Assembly (NCBI RefSeq): GCF_000143415.4
Contig: NW_003314277.1
Location: 1,278,963 to 1,326,939 of the forward strand
DNA: 47,977 bases
Origin: Selaginella moellendorffii
Lineage: Eukaryota; Plantae; Lycopodiophyta
Direction: 5' to 3'
The position numbers and the translations under genes are program-made. The notes beneath the pieces were generated by a model that was not told the origin of the DNA, did not search any database, and saw only the letters and a list, made by a program, of their open reading frames with translations. Below are positions 1 to 12,693 of this stretch, piece after piece (the first letter of the stretch is position 1; every line of letters begins with the position of its first letter).

Positions 1-613
1 GGCGGGGGGGGGGGGGGCTGTAGGGGGTTCCAAAAGTATAGTAGCGAGAGTGTGGGGGTTGGACCCCAATGGAGCCAATTGGGCCAGAAAATGCCAATTT
101 GGCCCAGGAAGGCTATACCAAGGTGTTGGATGATGAGATAATCGGGAAGTCCAAGGCTAAAGTGAATATGGATTGACAAACGGGATAGTTTGGTGAAGTG
201 TTCAAGAGCCGGTTTTAGTTGCCCCGGGAGATCGAATGGTCGATGCTCCCAGTCCAAGTGTGGGTGGCACTACCTACTTGGATACCTAGCGTGGCTCAAT
301 GGAACCTCACTCTAGCCCCATGGCTAGAGCACCCAAGGGTGGAAGGTGAGGAGAGTACCCATGAGGCTTGCGTAGGGCCACAGTGTTCCGAAATGTTATC
401 CCAAGGTCTCAGATGGTGGAAAAGAAGAGGAGCAGTCCTTTGGTGTAATGACCAAGGATGCAATCATATGGTGAGGAAGTCCCAGAGAACGAGGGGACTT
501 CGTGATCAGGCCTGTAGGCCTTGATCTAGTGGTAATGTGGCGAACACGGCCATGGACAAAAAGGGATTTGGTGGGGATAGAAAAAGGGATATTGGGGAAG
601 GTTATTCCCCATG
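1..613 (+). mobile_element. Left part of the 5' LTR of an older family member (element B), interrupted by element A; runs off the window start
   Basis: Homologous to the distal half of the LTRs at 614-2226 and 6247-8008. Ends at ...ttccCCATG and resumes in register at 8009 (CCATGcttgcaagcatcctaagg). Confidence 0.85.
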
Positions 614-2226
614 TGTGAGACACAAAATCCCTAGGCCCCAAAGTGGAGCCGGAAGGGTGCCATGTGGTAATGGCAGAAGCGAAAACAAAACGAGCGTAAC
701 ACATTTGGACTAAAAGCTCCAACTTGAAAGGTCAAAAGCGGGAATAGAACTCCCAATGAAGTGCACAAAGAACAAGCATGAAGCGAGAAATAAGTGAGGC
801 TCCAAAAAGGGACCCAAAAGGACTAACACATGACACGTGGAAGTGTCCGAGATGGACCTGAGATGGAGTCCGAGATGGAGTTCGAGATGGACCCGAGATG
901 GAGTCCGAGATGGACCCGAGTTGGAGTTGGAGGTGGGCCCGAGATGGAGTCCGAGATGGACCCAAGTTGGAGTCCGAGGTGGGCCCGAGATGGAGTCCGA
1001 GATGGACCCGAGATGGAGTCCGAGATAGAGTCCGAGATGGACCCGAGATGGAGTCCGAGATGGAGTCCGAGATGGAGTCCAAGGTCGAGACCGAGACCGG
1101 GACCGAGACCGAGACCGGGACCGCGGCCGAGACCGAGGCCGAGACCGAGGCCAAGCTTGAGTCCGAGCCCAAGCCCGAGCCCGAGTCCGAGCCTGAGTCC
1201 GAGTCTAAGTCCGAGTCCGAGTCCGAGTCCGAGTCCGAGTCCGTGAAAACCCAAAGCGTTCATCTCCCAGACCTTGGGGGGTTTGGTGAGCTCCAAAAGT
1301 ATAGTGGGGGGAGGACTGCAGTGGAACCAGTTTGGCCAGGAAAGGCCAGTTTGGCCCAGAAAGGCTGTACCCAGTGTTGGGTGATGAGCTGCCCACTGGG
1401 AAGTCCAAGACTAGAGTGAATACGGACTGACAAGCGGGGTAGCTTGGTGAAGTGTTCAAGAGCTGGCTCTAGTTCCCCTGGGAGATCGGCTGGCCGATGC
1501 TCTCAGTCCAAGTGTGGGTGGCACTACCTACTTGGATACCTAGCGTGGCTTAATGGAACCTCGCTCTAAGCCCATGGCTAAAGCACCTAAAGGCGGAAGG
1601 TGGGGAGAGTACCCATGAGGTCCGCGTAGGGCCACGGTGTTCCGAAATGTTGTCCCAAAGTCCCAGACTATGGAAAGGAAGAGGAGTAGCCCTCTGGTGT
1701 GGTGGCCAGGGACACAGTCACACAGTGAGGAAGTCCTAGAGGACAGTGGGACTTGGTGGTCGGGCCCCTAGGCCTTGATCTAGTGGTAGTGTTGGCGAAC
1801 ACGGCCAAGGACAGAAAGGGACTTGGTGGGGACTAGAAAGGAGATATTGGGGAAGGCTATTCCCCATGTCTGCGGGCATCCTAAGGATGCTAAGGAGTGG
1901 ATCTGGGATGACCACTCATGGACGGATGGCCCAGTCTTGGAGAGAAGGGATTGCAATGCAAGTGGTGTTGGACCACCGAGGTGATTGGGCATAGCCTAGT
2001 GTAACGGGCTGGTATATTGGTGGTGCTTTGGGGTGTCGGTCATGGGACCAGACACGTGGAGCACTTGGACCAAGTGCAAAAGTTGAGTGGCATGGATGCC
2101 ATTTCTTGGGGCTAGCAAGCCCCAAATCCTGAGTGAGACTTATGGAGGTTGTGAATGAGACTCCTCCACGTGGTCGGAGGTGTGGTTAAGTGACTAAAGT
2201 AGAATGAAAAAAATTAGTCACTTACA
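614..2226 (+). repeat. 5' LTR of element A
   Basis: TG...CA termini, followed by ATT and the PBS; near-identical to 6247-8008 outside the tandem-repeat block. Confidence 0.92.
847..1242 (+). repeat. Composite minisatellite/microsatellite inside the LTR
   Basis: Mixed 12-mer CCGAGATGGAGT and 11-mer CCGAGATGGAC units, then hexamer runs GAGACC, GAGCCC, GAGTCC. Equivalent blocks at ~6480-7010, ~33094-33710 (minus) and ~39006-39580 (minus). Confidence 0.95.
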
Positions 2227-2229
2227 ATT

Positions 2230-2241
2230 TGGTATCGGAGC
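2230..2241 (+). promoter_or_regulatory. Primer-binding site (tRNA-iMet type)
   Basis: TGGTATCGGAGC 3 nt after the LTR end; matches the plant consensus TGGTATCAGAGC. Confidence 0.9.
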
Positions 2242-5200
2242 TGTTCTTTAGTCCGACTTTTATTGGTGGCCAAGTATATCACCACTTGTATTGGAATTGG
2301 AAAGTCCTAGGTATGGACCTATCCTCGAGGAATAGCATGTCGAGAGGACATGGCTCTCCACTCGAGTTCATGCGTGAACTTGTGCATGATGTGGTGGATG
2401 GAAAAGGGCCAGTAAGGGAACGACTTTGGGATCTTGGGAATAGTATGAGGGTTTCCTTAAAGAGTTGAGGATGTGATCCAGATGAGCGTTTGACACAGCA
2501 AATTGGCTAATGTAGTTGTGGTAAACAACTATAGTTGGGATCACGGGAAAGATGCAAACTCCAAAACGATAATAGAGTCACAAGATTACCCTCATATAGT
2601 TGAGGCTAGTGCTCATGAATTTGAAACTAGAATTGATGACCGTGGGAGGTCAAATACGGAAGAGGACACAAGTCCTTGAAATGGTAGCCAAGGCTATCTT
2701 TAATAAATGCTGGAACAACCCAAGGAGTAGGGGGTGTACTTAGAGGATGAGTTGGTATTCTTATCACATGGACAAGTGGTCATAATGGGCAAAAGGTTTC
2801 CCCTAGAGAGCAAATTAAGTGTCGGAGTAACACTTGCAAAGATGGTCCTTGTGAGTAGGACATGAATACAAGGAGTTGTATTCCAGTGAGCTAGCACCTC
2901 AAAAATAAGACCTCATGGGTCGTCAAATTAGCAAAGTGCAAAAAGTTGAATGACTCCAATAGAGTTAAGGAATAATCCTAAGGGATTGATGGAAACATTT
3001 GGACTGAGGTGTGTGGTGCCTCATGAAGGATGGGGAGAATCTTGAGATCTATGCATGAGAACAATGTGTATCTCATTGATGACAGAAGGTGTCATACTAA
3101 AGTCGTGGGAAAGAGTTTCCCGGAAGAAAACAACTTTGACACAAAGTTGTGCATAAACTCTATGGTGCAGTGCTAATGGATAATTGGCATAAGAGACAAC
3201 CATATTGGTCTTGGCAAAAAGACCTAGACACAAGTAAGAAGTGTCATAAAGGTAAGCTCATGGAGCCGATGGTGTGGAGACACCGAAGGTGCCAAGGTGT
3301 GCTGCCTTGAGGTCAAGTTGGTGGGTTCATGAGAACCCCATCCAAAGGAATCCCAATGGAAATGGGAATGGCATAGCCTAAGCTAGAAGGCAGGTGGTTA
3401 GAGTGTGGTGACCTAGATAATAATGGAGGTGTGGAAGCACCAACAATGAGTTGTAGGACTTGACAACTATGAGGCAACTAAGCAAAAGGTGCAAAATAAT
3501 TCGTTAAATTAGTAGAAGGCAACTACCTAAGACTTTTTATTGGGATAAGGAAGTTAAAAATACCCTTATGGGGGATAAATTGCTTATGTTGCGATATAGT
3601 AAGTCAATGTCGAAAGGGGAATGCTCATTGTCAGAGAGACCATCATTGGGACACCCAAACACTTTAGAACATCAGAAGGTGGTGTTTGGTGTTATGAGGG
3701 CAATGGATAATGCCCAAGGGACAAAGTCCCTAGCGAATGGTGGATAGGAGGTGCTATCCAAATGTCCAAGGTTGCGGAGACGAGAGAAGTCTGTTTACCC
3801 AAATTGGACAAAGCCAAAAGGGGGATTTTGGCAAGGCTAGTGATGGGCATATGAAGGCCCATAAGTAGCAATGATAATCCCAGTGTGTAGGATTACAAGG
3901 TGAGAAAACCCGGATTGAGGAACCACTCCCTAGGCTGTCGGGTAGGTTCATCCCTATGAATACTTGCTAAGGCATGGTAGAAAGTGCAAAGCTATCTTCT
4001 TAGTTTGGAGGAGAATAACCGAAGGAAATGTATGAGTCCAAAAAACAAGTAGTAAAGGGATAGAACCGGACTATAGGAATTGACAGGTATAACCAAGGGT
4101 GGTTATGGAAGTTGGGAGTAAAAAATCAAGTGGGTGCTCAAGCATGTTGTTACTAGCGATCGGGATGCCATGGAGGGTCTAAAGCATTAGGTTGTCCATG
4201 TTAGACTATATGGTAATTGGAAAGTTTGCAAATGGAGAGACCTTAGCAAGCTAAGGAACAGAGTTCCTTGAACGTTCCCCTAGGTAGATAAGTACCTAAA
4301 CATCCAAGTGTGAATAGTTTATAGTGCGCACAAAATCAGAGTGGCGTAGTAAAAGCGTGGTCTTGAAGTTTGCCAAGAGGCGAGGCTATCAAGGTTAGGG
4401 AAGTAGTTCCTGAGTGTTCAAAGAGAGGGCTTTGAACGAAAGTCGATGGTTAAAGACTTTCACGCTTATGCATGAACCATATTACAGTGGTCGGATGACT
4501 TGCTAAGTGAGATTGGCAAGTCAGGGGAACGAATACCCTAGCTGAAGGAGCCAACTTCAAAGGGGTGGCCCATATGGCCAAGCATGATCACAGACTTGTC
4601 AAGTGAGAAGACTTGGCAGTGCGGAGGAACTAGGTTCCTAAGTGGTGATCTATAGCGTGCTTTAAATATAAGTTGGTGCACCAGCGTGGGGAGTCACGCC
4701 AGGCATCCGGTGTGATGCCGTCCGTAGATGCATATACGGAGGTTGGGTTCGAGTCCCGACTCTCTAGTGCTTGGGTTCGAGTCCCAATTCACTAGGGCGC
4801 GGTGATGGTTTGGAATATGAGGACACTCATTTTTCGGTGGTCATGGACTCTTAGTAAAGAGACTAGCTTGGGCACACCGCCACAGAGTCGTGATGCACGG
4901 TTAGATTGCTTAGTGTGAAAGCTCGGCATATCTAACTTGAAAACTTTGGTGCAAGTGGCACCAAGGACGTGGTGAATGAGATGGGGACATCCAATCTCAG
5001 TGGCTATGGACCCTTGGCCGGATGGGCTGGCTTGGGTGCACCGCCAAGTGTGAGGGATGCCCCTGGGGTCATGGTCAGCAACTTAAAGGTCTAGAAGACC
5101 TAGTACCTATTGGCAAACCTATTAAGGTGCCAAGGATAGATCACTAGGTGATGTTATAGCCAAAACAAGGACAAGGTCTTTATGAGGTTAAGGGATAAAG

Positions 5201-6246
5201 TTCCAAGTTCAAAGTGTTGATTGGAACTATTGATGATAGTGTGGCTTGTCAAGGTGACCAAGTGAGAAGGACACCTAAGGGAAATGAGATATGTCAATGT
5301 GATGGCATAGTGAGTCCAAGGAAAGTAGTCTTTATAAAAGACCTATGGGAGGGTCACAAAATTGGGCCGTGGATAAAGCTCACAGCAGAAGATGCTAAAG
5401 AGACGTACTAGGGGTGAACACCCTCCGGACTTGGCAAAAGAGAGTCTTTGCTATGAAACCGAAAGGATACCTCAAAAATGAGCTAGCGATCCTATGTTGT
5501 TAGGTGCAACAATCAAGGATAGGAGCAAAAGACTAGTGGCTAAGTAAAAAGCCATGGGAATCATGAGAAAGAATCCAAATGGCAAAGTTAGGCCAAAAAC
5601 ACTAAAGTGTTAGGTGCTAATGGATTGTGGGAAAGGCAATGTGCTCCCAAGGATGGATTCCCAATTACTCCAATGTGGCGAAAGTGGAAGCTCCAAGGGT
5701 GGGAGCAGTAAGGTAGCTAAATGATAGGGCCGTGGACAGCTCTACCACAAATTATGATAACTGAAATTTAGTGTCAAAGGTGGCATGAAATCGAAGAGAG
5801 GATGATATTGCCCTCAAGTAGAGAACTTCCTAGGATGGGGAAGTGGAGTTGCACAATATGTGCAATGCAAGGTGTCAAAGACACTTAGGAAATTGACTTC
5901 GAGAAGTGAGAATTAAAAGTTCCAAAGTGCAAAGGTTATATCAATGGAAAGTGAGACCACTTGAAAATGAGTAGTGGGATTGAGTTAGAGAAGGTGTCTC
6001 TAACAGGTTTAGTGAGAACTAAACCAATAAAAGGAGAGAACCACCACAAGTGGTCGAATGAGCCTCTAAGTTGGAGAGGCTATGCCCCTTAGAGGATGGA
6101 CAAGGCATGGTGAGCCTTTGGTGTCAAACCATAAACAAATATTGGCTGGGTGCTAAGGACGGGAAAGGTAATACATGTTGGTATTACTTTATAAAATGGT
6201 TTATCATTCGATGAGGACATCGAACTTCGTCTATGGGTGGTGGAGT

Positions 6247-8008
6247 TGTGAGACACAAAATCCCTAGGCCCCAAAGTGGAGTCGGAAGGGTGCCATGTGG
6301 TAATGGCAAAAGCGAAAACAAAATGAGCGTAACACATTTGGACTAAAAGCTCTGACTTGAAAGGTCGAGAGCGGGAGTGGAACTCCCAACGAAGTGCTCA
6401 AAGAACAAGCACGAAGCGAGCAATAAGTGAAGCTCCAAAAAGGGACCCAAAAGGACCAACACATGACATGTGGAAGTGTCCGAGATGGACCCGAGATGGA
6501 ATCCGAGATGGAGTCCAAGATGGAGTCCGAGATGGACCCGAGTTGGAGTCCGAGGTGGGCCCAAGATGGAGTCCGAGATGGAGTCCGAGATGGACCCGAG
6601 ATGGAGTCCGAGATGGAGACCGAGATGGACCCGAGTTGGAGTCTGAGGTGGGCCCGAGATGGAGTCCAAGATGGACCCGAGATGGAGTCCGAGATGGAGT
6701 CCAAGATGGACCCGAGATGGAATCCGAGATGGAGTCCGAGATGGACCCGAGATGGAATCCGAGATGGAGTCCGAGATGGACCCAAGATGGAGTCCGAGAT
6801 GGAGTCCGAGAAGGACCCGAGATGGATTCCAAGGTCGAGACCAAGACCGGGACCGAGACCGGGACCGAGACCGAGACCGGGACCGAGACCGAGATCGAGA
6901 CCGAGACCGAGACCGAGACCGAGACTGAGGCCGAGACCGAGACTGAGGCCGAGACCGAGCCCGAGCCCGAGCCCGAGTCCGAGTCCGAGTCCGAGTCCGA
7001 GTTCGAGTCTGAGAGGGTGAAAGCCCAAAGCGTTCGTCTCCCAGACCCTGGGGGGTTTGATGAGCTCCAAAAGTATAGTGGGGGGAGGACTGTAGTGGAG
7101 CCAGTTTGGCCAGGAAAGGCCAGTTTGGCCCAGAAAGGCTGTACCCAGTGTTGGGTGATGAGCTGCCTACTGGGAAGTCCAAGACTAGAGTGAACACGGA
7201 CCGACAAGCGGGGTAGCTTGGTGAAGTGTTCAAGAGCCGGCTTTAATTCCCCTGGGAGATCGGCTGGCTGATGCTCTCAGTCCAAGTGTGGGTGGCACTA
7301 CCTACTTGGATACTTGGCATGGCTCAACGGAACCTCGCTCTAAGCCCATGGCTAGAGCACCTAAAGGCGGAAGGCGGGGAGAGTACCCATGAGGCCCGCG
7401 TAGGGCCACGGTGTTCCGAAATGTTGTCCCAAAGTCCCAGACTGTGGAAAGGAAGAGGAGTAGCCCTCTGGTGTTGTGGCCAGGGACACAGTCACATAGT
7501 GAGGAAGTCCTAGAGGACAGTGGGACTTGGTGGTCGGGCCCCTGGGCCTTGATTTAGTGGTAGTGTTGGCGAACACGGCCAAGGACAGAAAGGGACTTGG
7601 TGGGAACCAGAAAGGAGATATTGGGGAAAGTTATTCCCCATGTCTGCAGGCATCCTAAGGATGCTAAGGAGTGGATCTGGGATGACCACTCATGGATGGA
7701 TGGCCCAGTCTTGGAGAGAAGGGATTGCAATGCAGGTGGTGTTGGACCACCGATGTGACCAAGGTGATTCGGCATTGCCTAGGGTAACGGGCTGGTATGT
7801 TGGTGGTGCCTTGGGGTGTCGGTCATGGGACTGGACACGTGGAGCATTTGGACCAAGTGCAAAGGTTGAGTGGCATGGATGCCATTCTCGGGGCTAGCAA
7901 GCCCCAAGTCCTGAGTGGGACTTATGAAGGTTATGAATGAGACTCCTCCACGTGGTCGGAGGTGCGGTTAAGTGACTAAAGTAGAATGGAAAAAATTAGT
8001 CGCTTACA
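6247..8008 (+). repeat. 3' LTR of element A
   Basis: TGTGAGAC...CGCTTACA, preceded by purine-rich GGGTGGTGGAG and followed by TSD CCATG. Confidence 0.92.
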
Positions 8009-11007
8009 CCATGCTTGCAAGCATCCTAAGGATGCTAAGGAGTGGATATGGGATGACCACTCATAGACAGATGGCCCAGTCTTTGAGAGATGGGATTGTG
8101 ATGTAGGTGGTGTTGGATCACCAGTGTGACAAAGGTGTATAAGCATGGCCTTAGTGTAACAGGCTGATATATCTATGGTACCTTTAGGTGTTGGTCATGA
8201 GATTGGACACACGGAGCACTTAGACCAAGTGCAAAGGTTGAGTGGCATGGATGCCAATTTTGGGGCTAGCAAGCCCCAAGTCCTAAATTGGACTTATCGA
8301 TGTTGTGACTAAGACTCCTCCAAGTGATCAGAGGTGTGGTTAAGTGACTAAAGTAGAATGGAAAAATTAGTCACTTACAATTTGGTATTGGAGCTGTTCC
8401 TTACTCCGAATTTTATTGGTGGTCAAGTATATCATCACTTGTCTTAGCATTAGAAGGTCCTAGGAGTGGGCTTATCCTCAAGGAGTAGCGTGTCGAAAGA
8501 GCATGGCTCTTCACCTTAGTTCATAAGTGAACCTGTTAGCAATGTGTTGGATAAAAAATGAGCCAATGAGGGAGCGACTTTGGGATCTTGAGAATAGTAT
8601 AAGGTTTTCCTCAGAGAGTTGAGGATGTGATCCAGATGACCATTTAACTTAACAAACTGGCTAATATAGTTATGGTAAAAAACTATAGTGGGATCACAGG
8701 AAAGATAAAGACTTCAAAACAATAAAGGAATCACAAGATTATCCTCATATAGTTGAGGCTGGTGCTCATGAATTTGAGGCCGGAATTAATGACCATGAAA
8801 GGTCAAATACGGATGAGGACACAAGTCCTTGAAATTGTAGCCAAGGCTACCTTTTATAAAAGTTGGAACAAACCCAAGGAGTTGGGGGTATACTCAGAGG
8901 ATGAGTCAGTATTCTCATCATATGGATGGATAGTCCTAAGGAGCAAAGGTAGGCCATAGGGAACGGAAAATAATCAAGTGTTAGAATAACATTTACAAAG
9001 ATGGTCCTTATGAGTACGACATGGATACAAAAAGTTGTATTCCAACGAGCTGGCACCTCAAAAGTAGGACCTTACGGGTCATCAAATTAACAAAGTTCAA
9101 AAAGTTGGATGACTCAAGTAGAGTCAAAGAATGGTCTTAAGGGATTGGTAGAAGCATTTGGACTAAGGTGTGTTGCGCCCACGAAGGATGAGGAGGATCA
9201 TAAGATCCAAGTATAAAAACAATAGATATCTCATTGATGGCAGAATATGCCATACTAAATTCGTGGGAAAAAGGTTCCCAAAAGAAAATAAGTAAGAAGT
9301 GTCATAAAGGTAGAGTCATGGAGCCAATGGTGTAGAGATACTGAATGTGCCAAAGCGTGATACCTTGAAGTCAAGTTAGTGGGTTCATGAAAACCCTTTC
9401 CTAAAGGAATTCTAATGGAAGTGGGAATGGCATAACCTAAGTTAGAAGGCATGCAGCTGAAGTGTGGTGACCCAAATAATGATGGAGATGTGAAAGCACC
9501 AACAATGAGTTGTAGAACTTAACAACTATGAAGCAACTAAGAAAAAAGTGCAAAATAATTAATCAAAATGGTAGAAGGTAATTACCCAAGACTTCTTATT
9601 AGGATAAGGAAGTTAAATATACCTTTATGGGGGATAAATTGCTTATGTTGTGATATAGTAAATCAATGTCGTAAAAGGAATGTTCATTGTAAAAAATGGA
9701 CATCATTGGGGCACCCAAACACTCTAAAACACCAAGAAGTGGTATTTGGTGTTGTGAGGGCATTAAATAAGGCACAAAGGATTAAGTCCCAAATGAATAA
9801 TGAATAAAAGGTGCTATCCAAACGTCTAAGGTTACAGAGATGGGAGAAGTCTATCTACCCAAATTGGACAAAGCTAAAATAAGATTTTGGTAAGGCTAGT
9901 GATGAGCATATAAAAGCCCATAAGTAGCAACATTAATCCTAGTGTGTGGGATTACAAGGTGAGTATACCCAGATTGAGGAACCACTCCCTATGCTACCAA
10001 GTAGGTTCATCCCTATGAATACTTGCTAAGGTATGGTAGAAGGTGCAAATCTATCCTTCTGGACTAGAGGAGAATAACCAAAGGAAACGTGTGAGGCCAA
10101 AAAGCAAGTAGTAAAGGGATAAAACCGAATCATAAGAATCGAAGGGTTTAACCAAAGGTGGTTATGCGAGTTGAGAGTGGATAATCAAGTGGGTGCTCGA
10201 GCCAGTTATTATTAGCAATCGTGATGCCATAGAGAGTCTAAAATATTGAATTATCCATATTAGACTATATAACAATTAAAAACCTTGCAAAAGGAAAGGC
10301 TTTAGCAAGTTAAGGGCTAGAGTTCCTTCAAAGTTCCCAAAGATAATTCTAGGTAGCTAACTAGTACCTAGAAAAGTAAATGTAAATGGTTCACATAATG
10401 CGCAAAATCAGAGTGGCGCAACAAAAGCATAGTTTTGAAGCTTGCCATAAGGCAAAATGGGTTTAAATGAAAGTCGATGGTTAAGGACTTTCATATTTAT
10501 GCATGAACTATGCTACAGTGGTCGGATGACTTGCTAAACGAGATTAACAAATCAGAGGGAACAAATACCCTAGTTGAAGGTGCTAACTTCAAAAGTTAAC
10601 CACCCCCATGGGGTGGCCCATGGGGCTAAGCATGAAGGAGTCCATGCATGATCACAAACTTGTTAAGTGAGAGGACTTAGCAGTGTGGAAGAAATAGGTT
10701 CCTAAGCTGTGATTTGTAACACACTTAAAGTATAAATTAGTGCACCAGCGTGGGGAGTCATGCTAGGCATCTTAGCTGATGCTATCTGTAAATGCATATA
10801 CAAAGGTTGGGTTCGAATATTAACCCTCTAGTGCTTGGGTTCGAGTCCCAACTCACTAGGGCGTGGTGATAGTTTAGAATATGAAGACACTCATTTTTCG
10901 GTGGTCATGAACTCTCAGTAAGGAGACTGGCTTGGGCACATTGCCAAGCAGGGGATGCCCCTGAGTTGTGATACACGGTTAGATTGCCTAGTGTAAAAGC
11001 TCGGCAT
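8009..11007 (+). mobile_element. Remainder of element B: end of 5' LTR (to 8379), PBS, truncated internal region
   Basis: LTR ends ...TCACTTACA at 8379; PBS TGGTATTGGAGC at 8383-8394. The interior is collinear with 2227-4929 but diverged, and homology stops abruptly at ...AAGCTCGGCAT (11007). Confidence 0.85.
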
Positions 11008-12693
11008 TCACAAAGTAAGCTCTTTAAGCTTGTCGCATTTTCCCTTTCCCGTCACCATTAATAAACCATGAGCTCAATGGTATTATGTAGCCTCATCTCA
11101 ACCTTAGCTTTCCAAAAACCATGTCTATGCAGGTGTATAACAATCTGTGCAACTTGGTAAGTGTAACACATATGATCATGAAATGAGATTTGGATATACT
11201 ATCACTGTGGATCCTTGGAACCTTGGGGGATAAATGAGGATAAAATAGCTACTAAGGGCTCTCTCATCAAGCAATTGCCCCTTTTCTAGTTAGCTTAAAG
11301 GGAGAGAGATAGAATGTGTTACATGTGGTATCGGAGCAAATGCTACGGTTCGATTCCCATTGATTAGTGGCTACTTAAAAATACTTGAGCAAGGTATATT
11401 CCTACCCTTAAATTTAAAATCATACGTATTGGGCATCTATGCGTATGTCCTTCCTTTTGGTGGAGCATCCATGGACGAAGGTATCCACCGTAAAATTGCA
11501 GTACTAGTGGATGACTAGTTGCCTCATATGGAATAACTAATTTACATAGTAGAAGGATTGGTAGATTCAGTGCGGAAATGGAGGTGCTAGTTCCCTTTGG
11601 CTCAATAGAGGTTGTTAGTCAATAGTCAATGAGGACATTGACATTTCTAAAAAGGGGGGTGAGTGTAGTGCATGTGATCATGGGATGAGATTTGAATATA
11701 CTGTCACCGTGATGTGAGACACAAATCCCAAAGCCCCAAAAAATGGAGCCGAAAAGGTGCCATATGGTAGTGGCTGAAGCGGAAGACAAACGGAAGTAAC
11801 ATATTTGGACTAAAAGCTTTGACTTGGACAGTCGAGAGTGGGAGTGGAACTCCTAAAAAAGAGATGGAGTTCAAGATGGAGTCCAAGATAGACCCGAGAT
11901 GGAGTTCGAGATGAACCAAAGATAGAGTCTGAGATGGAGTCCGAGATGGACCCAAGATGAAATTCGAGATGGAGTCCGAGTCTAAATACTAATACAGGCT
12001 GTTGGGTGAAAGCCCAAAGCATAGTCATCCCCCCAGGGGGGGGCTGTAGGGGGTTCCAAAAGTATAGTAGCAAGAGTGTGGGGGTTGGACCCCAATGGAG
12101 CCAGTTTGGCCAGAAAAGGCCAATTTGGCCCAGGAAGGCTATACCCAAGTGTTGGGTGATGAGATAACCGGGAAGTCCAAGGCTAAAGTGAATATGGATT
12201 GACAAACGGGATAGTTTGGTGAAGTGTTCAAGAGCCGGTTTTAGTTGCCCCGGGAGATCGAATGGTCGATGCTCCCAGTCCAAGTGTGGGTGGCACTACC
12301 TACTTGGATACCTAGCATGGCTTAAAGGAACCTCACTCTAGCCCCATGGCTATAGCACCCAAGGGTGGAAGGTGGGGAGAGTACCCATGAGGCTTGCGTA
12401 GGGCCACAGTGTTCCAAAATGTTGTCCTAAAGTCCCGGATGGTGGAAAAGAAGAGGAGCAGTCCTCTGGTGTAATGACCAAGGATGCAATCATATGGTAA
12501 GGAAGTCCTAGAGAACAAGGGAACTTCGTGATCGGGCCTGTGGGCCTTGATTTAGTGGTAATGTTGGCGAACACAACCATGGATAGAAAGGGATTTGGTG
12601 GGGATAGAAAAAGGGATATTGGGGAAGGCTATTCCCCATGTTTGCGGGCATCCTAAGGACACTAAGGAGTGGATCTGGGATGACCACTCATAG
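11007..12693 (+). repeat. Copy 1 of a duplicated composite segment (foreign LTR end + PBS at ~11329, then family LTR from ~11714)
   Basis: Collinear with 17738-19373, including the same internal junctions. Confidence 0.85.

Larger units (their letters stand above)
614..8008 (+). mobile_element. Complete non-autonomous LTR retrotransposon (element A, LARD-like)
   Basis: LTRs 614-2226 and 6247-8008 both run TGTGAGAC...CTTACA. PBS at 2230-2241. 5-bp TSD CCATG at 609-613 and 8009-8013. The 4.0 kb interior has no long ORF and no gag/pol motif I can recognise. Confidence 0.92.

Noticed and set aside
732-1419. Long overlapping ORFs (MESEMDPRWSPRW, RTRTRT, LGLGLG), also at 6264-7233, 32819-34105 and 38732-39935
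   Set aside because: They are translations of stop-free LTR tandem repeats, open in nearly all six frames.
4715-4800. Functional tRNA gene
   Set aside because: No acceptor stem or D-arm that I can fold; only T-arm-like hairpins.
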